In this document: positions 33,043 through 41,572 of the stretch, in pieces | Numbering within the stretch: position 1 is the first letter of the stretch | Layout of the letters: the number at the start of each line of letters is the position of its first letter | Assembly: GCA_025361955.1 (NCBI GenBank) | Contig: JANYIU010000316.1 | Span: 1-42,550 of the forward strand | DNA length: 42,550 nucleotides | Direction of reading: 5' to 3' | Source of the DNA: Holophagaceae bacterium | Lineage (GTDB): Bacteria > Acidobacteriota > Holophagae > Holophagales > Holophagaceae | Program-made: the position numbers and the translations under genes | Notes under the pieces: generated by a model | What the model saw: only the letters and a program-made list of their open reading frames with translations | What the model was told of the DNA's origin: nothing | Database searches by the model: none

Positions 33043-34851
33043 TTAGGGGGAGTGAACCGGTTTCGCCTGTTGGGAAGTTTTCGGAGGATCCACGGCCTTG
33101 GATTTATCCAGAAAACCTGGAAGAACCGCGTGAGAGAAACCGTTCCCGATGAGCTTGCGAATGGCCTCCCACTCACTGGCCTTGGGATCGCCCGTGGAAC
33201 CGGATATGTGAATCACCGTCGCCACTTCCTGAGTGGAGCGGTTCTTGAAAACGCTGCCCAGGAATTGCAGCACGTGCATTTCCACGCGCTTCCCGAAGGA
33301 TTTTTCCTTATCCTTCTGCTTGTCGTAGATCTTCAAATTCTTGATGAGAGGCTTGAGGTAGCCCTCCACCTTGCCATCTTTCACGGTCATTTCGGTGTAG
33401 ACCGAGAACAGGCCCTCGGCCACGTCCACCCCCGCATGAGCCAGCAAAAAGCCATTGAGGTCGGGTAACTTGGCATTGTCCAATTTGAGATGGACCTCAA
33501 AGTCCACTGGGCGGGCTGCGGTCAGGACACGCCCCGAGACCAAGGTAGTGCCACTACCCATGAAGGCCCCCTGGGCACGGAATTCTGATTTCCCTTGCTC
33601 GGCTTGGTTGCTCAGATTTTTCAATTCCAAGCTCATGTCCGACATGAACAACCGGTAATTGGGCTTGGTCGCCGCATTCACAAACCCTAGTTGGCTGTTG
33701 GTCAGCTTCAGGGTGTCCACCTGGAGTAGCAGATGGGGAGCATTGCGAACGCTCTTCGCCAACTTGACCGCCTTCTTCGCATGTTCCAGCTCTACAGCCT
33801 TGGTAGCAATGCTGGTGACGTAATCCACTCGCAGGTTCTCTAGGAGTACTTCGGTGAGATGGGCCATCTGGGCCTCTGGGGTATATTCCACGGAGCCGTT
33901 CACCGAAAGGAATCCACCCGTGGTCTTCATCTGATAATCCTGGGCAAGGGGATTCAGGCGATCCAAGGGAACGTGTTCCAGACGGATCTCTCCCTGGGCG
34001 GCGACGTAAGGTTCTCGAAGGAAATCCGCAGCCCCCTTGAACTGGATCTTGCCCTTCTCAAACAGGACGCCTTCCAGGGTCACGGGCGATGGATAGGTCC
34101 CCTTGGCCGCAGCGCTGTTGCGCACATTGGTGGCGACCATGAAGACCTTGGTGAGTTGAAGGGGCTTGCTGGCGGTGGCGCTGGAAAGGTAGAGCAGGGA
34201 CCCATCCTGGACCTGCACCCGATCCAGTTTGATGGGAAAGATGGATTCTACTGCGTTCTGCCAGCCCTGATCCTTCAAGGTCACATGGCTGTTGGCCTCT
34301 TCCTCGATCTGGGCCAAGTTGATATGCAAAGCGGGGCGCTCAATGGTCAGATCACCGGCTACTTTGAAGCGAAGCAACTGCCCCCACACCATGGAGAATT
34401 TGAGGGCGTCAAAATCCGCCACGGGCGGATCGGGGTGTGTGTTCTGCATCAGGACCAGATCGTTCAGTTCAAAGGCCAGCTTCCAGAGGTGCGGACGAAC
34501 TCGGCCGATGTGAACCGTATAGCCCTTCAATTTTGAATTCATCGCCCGCTCAGCCCAATTCCGCATGGGTCTCGCAAGCAGAGCATCCGCAAAACCTAGG
34601 GCAATCACGACGAACAAAACCAGACCCGCAAAGATGGTCTTGCCGCGGTTGGCGCGGCAAGTGTTCAGGAATCGCCGCCACCACCCGGAAGGCGGCGGGG
34701 GGGTAAGGCCTTCTTTGGGTTCCCTTGAAGGGAATTCATCCTGGGTATCCGGGGGCAATTTCCTTGTCATGACGCCTGTCATAGCAGCTGTAGAGGCATT
34801 TGAGAGTGGCATGATCCAGCTATTGGAAGTCGCCGATCTATATATTCTCAT
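33043..34851 (-). CDS. DUF748 domain-containing (AsmA-like) envelope protein, single N-terminal TM segment
   Basis: TM helix TIFAGLVLFVVIALGF followed by a long beta-rich region with the repeated architecture typical of DUF748/AsmA-like proteins. The start codon is uncertain: several in-frame ATGs lie between 34770 and 34851 and none has a clear SD. Confidence 0.55.
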   Translation of the reverse strand: MRIYRSATSNSWIMPLSNASTAAMTGVMTRKLPPDTQDEFPSREPKEGLTPPPPSGWWRRFLNTCRANRGKTIFAGLVLFVVIALGFADALLARPMRNWAERAMNSKLKGYTVHIGRVRPHLWKLAFELNDLVLMQNTHPDPPVADFDALKFSMVWGQLLRFKVAGDLTIERPALHINLAQIEEEANSHVTLKDQGWQNAVESIFPIKLDRVQVQDGSLLYLSSATASKPLQLTKVFMVATNVRNSAAAKGTYPSPVTLEGVLFEKGKIQFKGAADFLREPYVAAQGEIRLEHVPLDRLNPLAQDYQMKTTGGFLSVNGSVEYTPEAQMAHLTEVLLENLRVDYVTSIATKAVELEHAKKAVKLAKSVRNAPHLLLQVDTLKLTNSQLGFVNAATKPNYRLFMSDMSLELKNLSNQAEQGKSEFRAQGAFMGSGTTLVSGRVLTAARPVDFEVHLKLDNAKLPDLNGFLLAHAGVDVAEGLFSVYTEMTVKDGKVEGYLKPLIKNLKIYDKQKDKEKSFGKRVEMHVLQFLGSVFKNRSTQEVATVIHISGSTGDPKASEWEAIRKLIGNGFSHAVLPGFLDKSKAVDPPKTSQQAKPVHSP

Positions 34852-35027
34852 GGTGAAACAGGGTTGGAAGGGCCAAAAGGGGAGATATTCACTCCGGCTA
34901 AAGCCAACCTTTAGATGATCTTTTCATCCAAATTATTGACCGCCTCGAAAGCCCGCCAGATGTGGTTCCAAAACCAGCTTCCGCAGTTTCAGAATCGCTG
35001 CGGGTACAAATCGGCAACGAGGGTGGG

Positions 35028-35921
35028 CTACAACCCCCGTGCCCACTCCGGCCGAAGGGCAACCCGACCTGCGAGTGCGGCGTCGATGGAAGCTAGGATC
35101 GATTCCCGATCCCGAGGGAGGCGACCCCCAATGGGCAAATAGTTCGAGGCGTGGTTGGAGCGGAATATGGCGTTGCTGGGATGGGCCTCTTCAATGAACC
35201 AGCGCAGTTCGGCGAGCAACCCCTGGACCTCCGGAAGCTGGAAGCGTCCCTGATCTTCCAGCCCAGAAAGAGGCGTGCCGGGAACGACCGTAAGAGTCAG
35301 GGTTGAAAGGAAGCGAGGATCCATCGCCGTGGCGAGGCGCCCGGAGGCGCGCGCGTGCTCCTCGCTGCGTTCCCGTCCGCCAGCGCCGAGCAGAAAAATC
35401 AGCGACTGCTCCATCCTGGCCTCTCTGGTCTTGCGAGCGGCCTCGATGTGCTCCGCTGCGGTGGCTCCCTTGGCAAGTCGCCGGAGGGTCAGATCATCTC
35501 CCGATTCAGGTCCGATGTAGAGCAGCGAGAGCCCCAAGTCCCTGAGACGCTGCAGCTCCTCTGGCGCTTTCTCCAGCAGGTTACGAGCCGTGGCATAAGT
35601 GCTGACGCGCCGCAGTCGGGGGAACGAGGAGGCAAGGGCGCACAGGATGGGTTCCCACTGCTCGAGGCTCATGTCCAGCGGGTCGCCATCAGCCACAAAG
35701 ACATGCCGCACGTCCTCAGCAAACCGGGCGCTGGCCTCGGCGATGTCGGCCAGAACCTCGTCAAGCGGTCTGACCTGATAGCGCTTTCCTCGATACATCG
35801 CGCAGTACGTGCAGGCGTTCCAGGAACAGCCAAGGGTCGCTTGCAGGATGAACGAGTCGGCCTCACTTGGAGGGCGGAAGAGGGGTTGATCGTAACGCAC
35901 CCAAGCATTCTCTCGTATCAA
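35028..35921 (-). CDS. radical SAM protein, uncharacterised subfamily with a CX4CX2C cluster motif
   Basis: LQATLGCSWNACTYCAMY, with Cys codons at 35826-35828, 35811-35813 and 35802-35804. The TIM-barrel-sized body includes a GGE-like VFVADGDPL. The ORF opens with TTG (35921) and the next candidate start is GTG (35900); there is no ATG near the 5' end. Confidence 0.7.
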   Translation of the reverse strand: MIRENAWVRYDQPLFRPPSEADSFILQATLGCSWNACTYCAMYRGKRYQVRPLDEVLADIAEASARFAEDVRHVFVADGDPLDMSLEQWEPILCALASSFPRLRRVSTYATARNLLEKAPEELQRLRDLGLSLLYIGPESGDDLTLRRLAKGATAAEHIEAARKTREARMEQSLIFLLGAGGRERSEEHARASGRLATAMDPRFLSTLTLTVVPGTPLSGLEDQGRFQLPEVQGLLAELRWFIEEAHPSNAIFRSNHASNYLPIGGRLPRDRESILASIDAALAGRVALRPEWARGL

Positions 35922-36165
35922 GCCTGCTCTGGGACCACAGAATCGCGCAAGCCTGATGCGCTCCGTTCAAATTGCGCCCGGGGATTTGCTCGAGCTGTGA
36001 ACGCTTCTGTTGCAGAGTGGAAAGGTCCAACTGATCGCCGCTGCCTCGTTTTGATGGATTTCACAGCGCCTTGCGAGTCTTTCTGTGAGGCGGTACGACG
36101 TATCATTCACTTGCCTAGGGAGTGCGCCAAGAGAGCACGCAGGAAGAAGGAGGAGGAGGATCACC

Positions 36166-37041
36166 ATGGCAACGGTCGCACAATGGATTTCCGGCGCTCG
36201 GCCATGGACCCTGCCTGCGGCCTTGGCCCCTGTGGCTGCCGGTTCCGGAGCTGCAGCCGCACTGCACGGTGCTAGCACCGTTCGAGCCGCATTGGCCCTG
36301 AGCGTCGCGGTGGCTCTTCAGATTGGAGTCAACTACGCCAACGATTACTCCGACGGGATTCGGGGCACCGACGACCAGCGCGTTGGCCCGTTTCGACTCA
36401 CCGGGTCCGGAGCCGCGCGACCACGCGCTGTCCTGACGGCAGCCTGCGCGGCCTTCATGGTTGCGGGAGTGGCCGGGACAGTGCTGGTCGCGCTGAGCCG
36501 CATTTGGTGGCTGCTCGCTATCGGGGGAGCGTGTATTCCAGCCGCATGGTTCTATACCGGTGGGCGCCGTCCCTACGGCTACAGGGGGCTCGGTGAGGCC
36601 TTCGTATTCACGTTTTTTGGACTCGTGGCAGTGCTTGGAACGACTTACACCCAGGCCGGACGGATCTCTGTCGTGGCCGTTTGTGCCGCCATTGGGGTCG
36701 GTGCTTTGGCTTGCGCGATTCTGGTCGTCAATAACTTGCGCGACATCCCGACCGACGCGGCTGTCGGCAAACGCACTCTGGCCGTGCGGTTAGGGGATGG
36801 CCGTAGCCGTGCCCTCTACACCGGTCTGCTGGTGGTGGCGTGGTTCGCAGTGCTCCCGATCCTGCGAGCCCAGGCCTGGGCGGCAATCACCTTCCTGGCT
36901 TTGCCTCTGGCCATCCAACCCCTAAACACTGTCCTGCGTGGGGCCACTGGCAGGGCACTGCTACCGGTGCTGCGCAGTACTGGCCGACTTGAATTGGCCT
37001 ACGGACTCCTGCTCGGACTATCGCTATCTCTGAAGGGGTGA
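36166..37041 (+). CDS. menA: 1,4-dihydroxy-2-naphthoate polyprenyltransferase
   Basis: UbiA-family membrane protein. N-terminal ARPWTLPAALAPV and Asp-rich motif NYANDYSDGIRGTDD. A GGAGGAGGAGGA SD run lies 5 nt upstream of ATG 36166. Confidence 0.8.
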   Translation: MATVAQWISGARPWTLPAALAPVAAGSGAAAALHGASTVRAALALSVAVALQIGVNYANDYSDGIRGTDDQRVGPFRLTGSGAARPRAVLTAACAAFMVAGVAGTVLVALSRIWWLLAIGGACIPAAWFYTGGRRPYGYRGLGEAFVFTFFGLVAVLGTTYTQAGRISVVAVCAAIGVGALACAILVVNNLRDIPTDAAVGKRTLAVRLGDGRSRALYTGLLVVAWFAVLPILRAQAWAAITFLALPLAIQPLNTVLRGATGRALLPVLRSTGRLELAYGLLLGLSLSLKG

Positions 37042-37261
37042 GTTCCCCCCGGGCACCGGAATCGTTCTCCAGCATCTGGGCCGTAGCGGAGATGCTTGAA
37101 GAGCAACTGGCAGGGGGCGAGGATCGCGGCTCCGCCCCATTTAAGTGCAATCCGGTTTGGCGCGAGTAGACTGGGCCTCCACGCCTCCGTTATGCCCCTG
37201 GATCCAACTCCAGAACGCTGCGGACAATGGCGTGGGGAAAAATGAGACCAGGGGGTCTGCC

Positions 37262-38230
37262 ATGGAACAACGCAAGCTGGGAAATCAGGGATTGTCCGTC
37301 GGGGCCATTGGCCTTGGTTGCATGGGGATGTCGCATGCCTATGGGAATCCTCAGGATCGGAGTGAGGCTGAGTCGATCGCTACGATCCACCGCGCCCTGG
37401 ACCTCGGGGTGACCCTGCTCGACACGGCCGAAGTCTACGGTCCTTATACGAATGAGGAACTTGTCGGGAAGGCCATCCGAGGACGGCGGGAGAAGGTCGT
37501 CATCGCCACCAAATTCGGGCTCGTGGGCGGCTCGGATGGGTCCCCGGCCAAAGCCAAGCAGGTGGCCGAGGAATCTCTGAAAAGGCTTGGGGTCGACACC
37601 CTTGATCTGTATTACTTGCATCGCAAAGATCCGAAAGTTCCGATCGAGGAAACGGTCGGCGCCATGAAGGAGCTCGTCGAGGCTGGCAAGGTCCGGTTCT
37701 TGGGGCTCTCCGAGGTCGGGCCGGAAACGCTTCGGCGCGCCCACAAGATCCATCCCATCAGCGCACTGCAAAGTGAGTACTCATTGTGGGAACGCGGGGT
37801 CGAACCGGAAATCCTGCCCACGCTGCGCGAATTGGGCATCGGCTTTGTCCCCTTCAGCCCCTTGGGTCGTGGCTATTTGACCGGAGCCTTCAAGGATCTG
37901 AGCACGTTTCCCGAAGATGACTTCCGGCGGAATCTACCGCGGTTCAACGATGAGAATACGGCGCGGAACCTGAAGCTCCTCGAAGTCCTGAAGGGGGTGG
38001 CCGCGCGGCACCGCGCCACACCCGCCCAAATTGCGCTCGCTTGGGTTTTGGCGCAAGGCGACGACCTCGTACCGATCCCAGGCACCAAACGCCGGACCTA
38101 TCTTGAGGAGAACTTGAACGCCGCTGACCTCAAACTCACCCATGCGGATATGGCTGAACTCAATGCCTTGGCTGCCCGCGTTTCAGGTGAGCGCTATCCC
38201 CCTTCGATGATGCAGAGCATTGAGCGTTGA
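37262..38230 (+). CDS. aldo/keto reductase (AKR11/Tas-like)
   Basis: [46 protein letters not shown] and PIPGTK motifs. Confidence 0.88.
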   Translation: MEQRKLGNQGLSVGAIGLGCMGMSHAYGNPQDRSEAESIATIHRALDLGVTLLDTAEVYGPYTNEELVGKAIRGRREKVVIATKFGLVGGSDGSPAKAKQVAEESLKRLGVDTLDLYYLHRKDPKVPIEETVGAMKELVEAGKVRFLGLSEVGPETLRRAHKIHPISALQSEYSLWERGVEPEILPTLRELGIGFVPFSPLGRGYLTGAFKDLSTFPEDDFRRNLPRFNDENTARNLKLLEVLKGVAARHRATPAQIALAWVLAQGDDLVPIPGTKRRTYLEENLNAADLKLTHADMAELNALAARVSGERYPPSMMQSIER

Positions 38231-38411
38231 ATGAAAAACGATACGCACCAAGCAACGCCCTCACGCTGGCGTGAACAAGTGTCCCGAGGGAAAGCGCGAA
38301 AGACGAGCGGTGGGGCCGAAGCCAAGATTTTTGAATGTTTCTATCTAGCTCCTAATTGCCCATGAAGTTCAGCTTGGTTTTGAAGAAAAGCGATTAACCA
38401 CAGATGCATAG

Positions 38412-38459
38412 GATGCACACGGAAAAAATGGGCTGAGAGCCGCCAGCATCCGTGTGCAT
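38412..38459. repeat. 11-bp-stem inverted repeat inside the low-GC convergent spacer
   Basis: ATGCACACGGA (38413-38423) is the exact reverse complement of TCCGTGTGCAT (38449-38459), with a 25-nt loop. It is flanked by an A/T-rich sequence unusual for this window. Confidence 0.6.
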
Positions 38460-38533
38460 TGCCTGTTTGAGAAAATCATTTATCAGTAGCGAGACATGGG
38501 TTATTGCAGCTGAGTCTGAGTGGTAATCGGCAT

Positions 38534-39571
38534 CTAGTTTGACCGGGTGGCGAAATAGTGCTTCACCGCTCCCACGAAGGCCTCCATGTCGCTAGCCGTG
38601 ACGTCAAGGTGGGTGACGAAACGAGCTTCGTACCTGATCTGCGCAAGGATGCCGCGCTCGGCCAGATACGCCTCTAGTGGAACGCAATCGGGTTGCGGAA
38701 ATTGCGCGAACACCATGTTGGTCGCCTGCCCCTTCACGGCAATTTCCTGGATGCCTGCGAGGCCCTTGGCTAAGCGCTCAGCGTTGAGGTGATCTTCCGC
38801 CAGCCGATCAACATTGTGCTTGAGCGCGTACAGGCAAGCTGCCGCTAGAAAACCGGATTGTCGCATGCCGCCGCCGAGCACCTTTCGCCAGCGATAGGCC
38901 CGCTCGATGAAGTCCCGAGAGCCCGTCAGCACGGAGCCAACCGGGGCGCCCAAGCCCTTGGAGAAACAGATCGAGACCGAATCGAAGGCCGCGCAAGCTT
39001 CCGCCAGGGAGACCCCCTGGGCGACTGCGGCGTTGCAGATCCGAGCTCCGTCCAGATGGGTCGCAAGTCCCTGCCCCCGTGCGAAGGAGGTGGCCTCGCG
39101 GATGTATCGGCTCGGAAGGACTCGCCCATTGAAGGTGTTTTCCAGGGCAAGTAGCCGCGTTCGCGCGAAGTGCGCGCCAAGACCTGGGCCATGAGGCTTG
39201 ATGGCGGCCGCGATCTTCTCGATGGGCAACGAGCCATCCGGGTTGTTTTCGATCGGCTGTGGCACGATCGAACCCAGGATTGCAGCGCCCCCGCCCTCGA
39301 ATTTATAGGTGTGCGCAAGCTGCCCCACGATGTACTCGTCGCCGCGGTCGCAATGGGCCATCAGGGCCGCCAAGTTGCTTTGCGTCCCGGTGGGGAGGAA
39401 TAGCGCGGCCTCTTTTCCAGCGCGCTCCGCCACTGCGGACTGCAGTTCGAGGACGGTCGGATCGTCGCCCCAGACATCGTCGCCGACCTGTGCGGCCATC
39501 ATGGCCGCAAGCATGCCCGGTGTTGGGCGGGTCACAGTGTCGCTGCGAAGGTCGATGACGTGTTCGGCCAT
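38534..39571 (-). CDS. ltaE: low-specificity L-threonine aldolase
   Basis: IDLRSDTVTRPT..M..AM..A.VGDDV.GDDPTV..L, and a PLP-lysine region SICFSKGLGAPVGS. GGGGAGAG SD upstream of ATG 39571. Confidence 0.85.
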   Translation of the reverse strand: MAEHVIDLRSDTVTRPTPGMLAAMMAAQVGDDVWGDDPTVLELQSAVAERAGKEAALFLPTGTQSNLAALMAHCDRGDEYIVGQLAHTYKFEGGGAAILGSIVPQPIENNPDGSLPIEKIAAAIKPHGPGLGAHFARTRLLALENTFNGRVLPSRYIREATSFARGQGLATHLDGARICNAAVAQGVSLAEACAAFDSVSICFSKGLGAPVGSVLTGSRDFIERAYRWRKVLGGGMRQSGFLAAACLYALKHNVDRLAEDHLNAERLAKGLAGIQEIAVKGQATNMVFAQFPQPDCVPLEAYLAERGILAQIRYEARFVTHLDVTASDMEAFVGAVKHYFATRSN

Positions 39572-39803
39572 GATGGTTCTCTCCCCTTCCCATCTTGGAA
39601 GCAAAGCCCGAAATGTGCCAGCTGCAGGACCCGCGTTGTTCTAGGGCCGCGCCCGCTTAGGGCCGGGATGAACCCACGGACCTGACCCGCAACAAGGACA
39701 ACACTCTTTCTGCCATGGCGAGCAACAATTGCGTGTTTAAACAGCTATTTTTAGGAATGGGGCTGAATGGGTAGCATCCTATTTAGCAAAGGCAGGATTG
39801 ACC

Positions 39804-40598
39804 ATGACCCCTGTTAAAGCAACCGTCCAACCTACCGCGTTCGTCAGCCACGGCTCTCCCATGCTGGCCCTGGAGAACGGACCTTGGCATGCCGCCATGA
39901 AAGACTGGGCTTCTCGATTGACCGGTGTCCGGGCGGTGGTGGTGGCTTCAGCTCACTGGGAATCAGCGGGAGCTTTCTTGGTTTCCTCGTCGCCACGGCC
40001 AGGTGTGCTCTACGATTTTTCTGGTTTCTCGGAGGCCCTCTACCATCTTAACTACGAAGCGCCGGGGGATTCGGCGCTGGCGGCTAGGATAGTCCAGATG
40101 CTCCAATCGGAAGGTCTAGAGGCAGCGACTGACGCCCAGCGACCCTTGGACCACGGGGCGTGGGTCCCTCTGCGGGCCCTGTTCCCGGAGGCCCAATTGC
40201 CGGTCATCCAGGTATCGCTGCCTCACCCTCGGAATCCCCAACTACTTGTGAAGGCGGGGCGCGCCCTCGCTCCTCTGCGCTCCGAAGGGGTGCTACTCCT
40301 GGGCAGTGGTGGTTTGGTGCATAACCTTCGGCGCTTGGCCTGGGACGGACAAGCAGCTCCCGAGGCATGGGCTACCGCCTTCGAAGCCTGGATGATGTCT
40401 GGAATCGAGGAGAAGAACCTGGATCGGCTCCTGCAAGCGGCCCATCAGGCACCGGACTATTCCCAGGCAGTGCCCACACCCGAGCACCTCGACCCGGTCT
40501 ATTTCGCCCTTGGCGCTGCCGGGGAAGATACCCCATCCACCCTCTTCGACGGCTGGCAGCACGGCAATTTATCGCTGCGAACCCTGGCCTGGACCTGA
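39804..40598 (+). CDS. ygiD: class III extradiol ring-cleavage dioxygenase, 4,5-DOPA dioxygenase (YgiD) type
   Basis: PTAFVSHGSPMLALE, VVVASAHWE, LDHGAWVPL and LLGSGGLVHNLR motifs. ATG 39804 follows AAAGGCAGGA; the ORF-track start at 39798 is a TTG. Confidence 0.8.
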   Translation: MTPVKATVQPTAFVSHGSPMLALENGPWHAAMKDWASRLTGVRAVVVASAHWESAGAFLVSSSPRPGVLYDFSGFSEALYHLNYEAPGDSALAARIVQMLQSEGLEAATDAQRPLDHGAWVPLRALFPEAQLPVIQVSLPHPRNPQLLVKAGRALAPLRSEGVLLLGSGGLVHNLRRLAWDGQAAPEAWATAFEAWMMSGIEEKNLDRLLQAAHQAPDYSQAVPTPEHLDPVYFALGAAGEDTPSTLFDGWQHGNLSLRTLAWT

Positions 40599-40686
40599 TT
40601 TCAACCCCAGGGACTCTGGTGCTGACTTGAAAACCCAGGTCCCCTTCACCTGGACAATGCAGGGCTGCGATTCGGAGACTGAAGCA

Positions 40687-40706
40687 GGGAGGGCGATTGC
40701 CCTCCC
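40687..40706 (+). terminator. GC-rich 8-bp stem / 4-nt loop hairpin downstream of the ygiD-like gene (no U-tract)
   Basis: GGGAGGGC (40687-40694), loop GATT, then GCCCTCCC (40699-40706), a perfect complement. It lies 89 nt after the stop at 40598 and 26 nt before the next ATG. Confidence 0.3.
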
Positions 40707-40732
40707 GTGATGACCTGCCAAGGAGATCCGCC

Positions 40733-41371
40733 ATGAACTCGCAAGCAGCCACTGTGATCCAGTTGCTTCCAAGCCAGGGCAAACCCACACGGCTCTTTAT
40801 CCTGTTGCACGGTGTCGGAGCCAACGCCGAAGGACTGCGGCCTTTGGCCTCATTGATTCAGCGCGAATTTCCGGAGACCGTCATTGAAATTCCAGACGGC
40901 TTTTCGCCTTTTGATGCAGCACCTGGCGGGCGTCAGTGGTTTTCGATTCGCGGCGTGACGGAACAGAATCGCCCTGCGCATGTGGCGGCGGCTCTGCCTG
41001 AATTGGTGCAATGGGTGCGCAAGGCGCAGGAACGGCACACCATTTCGGCATCAGCCACCACCCTCATTGGGTTTTCCCAGGGCGCCATCATGGCGCTTGA
41101 AGCGACGGTCGCGCACGATGGCCTAGTAGGTCAGGTCGTTGCGTTCGCGGGACGCTATGCTGGCTTGCCTGAGCGGGGACCCCAGCATACGCAGGTCCAT
41201 CTCCTGCACGGTGAAGATGATGCCGTGATGCCCCTCGCACCTACCCGCGCGGCCTTCGAATGGCTGCTCGCACAAGGTTGCGACATCACCCTTGATACCC
41301 TCGCCAGGTGTGGCCACGAATTGCACCCCGTATTGGTGGCCAAAGCCATTGCACGATTGAAAGGCCTTTGA
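40733..41371 (+). CDS. alpha/beta hydrolase, phospholipase/carboxylesterase (YpfH-like) family
   Basis: LFILLHGVGAN, nucleophile elbow GFSQGA, and VHLLHGEDD....GH catalytic Asp/His regions. AAGGAG lies 6 nt upstream of ATG 40733. Confidence 0.75.
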   Translation: MNSQAATVIQLLPSQGKPTRLFILLHGVGANAEGLRPLASLIQREFPETVIEIPDGFSPFDAAPGGRQWFSIRGVTEQNRPAHVAAALPELVQWVRKAQERHTISASATTLIGFSQGAIMALEATVAHDGLVGQVVAFAGRYAGLPERGPQHTQVHLLHGEDDAVMPLAPTRAAFEWLLAQGCDITLDTLARCGHELHPVLVAKAIARLKGL

Positions 41372-41572
41372 GTCTGGTAGGGCTCTTGTGGGCGACGGAG
41401 AAAGGCGGTTAGCGTTCCATGTCAACCTTAAGCGCGTCGGACAGGTGCCACAGATGCCCATGCTTTGACACCCTCGCTGGGCGCGGGAGAAGCTGAATGG
41501 ATTCCCTGCCCTTTCTGGACAGCAAAACCTGATCGAGAACGCCCTGAACCACCTATTCTCGGAGTCATCCTC

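Noticed and set aside
38231-38335. A 34-codon ORF (MKNDTHQATPSRWREQVSRGKARKTSGGAEAKIF) starting directly after the aldo-keto reductase stop (TGAATG).
   Set aside because: No SD is present and the composition simply mirrors the purine-rich repeat sequence. Spurious peptides of this kind are typical of such elements. It is kept only as a note in the spacer finding.
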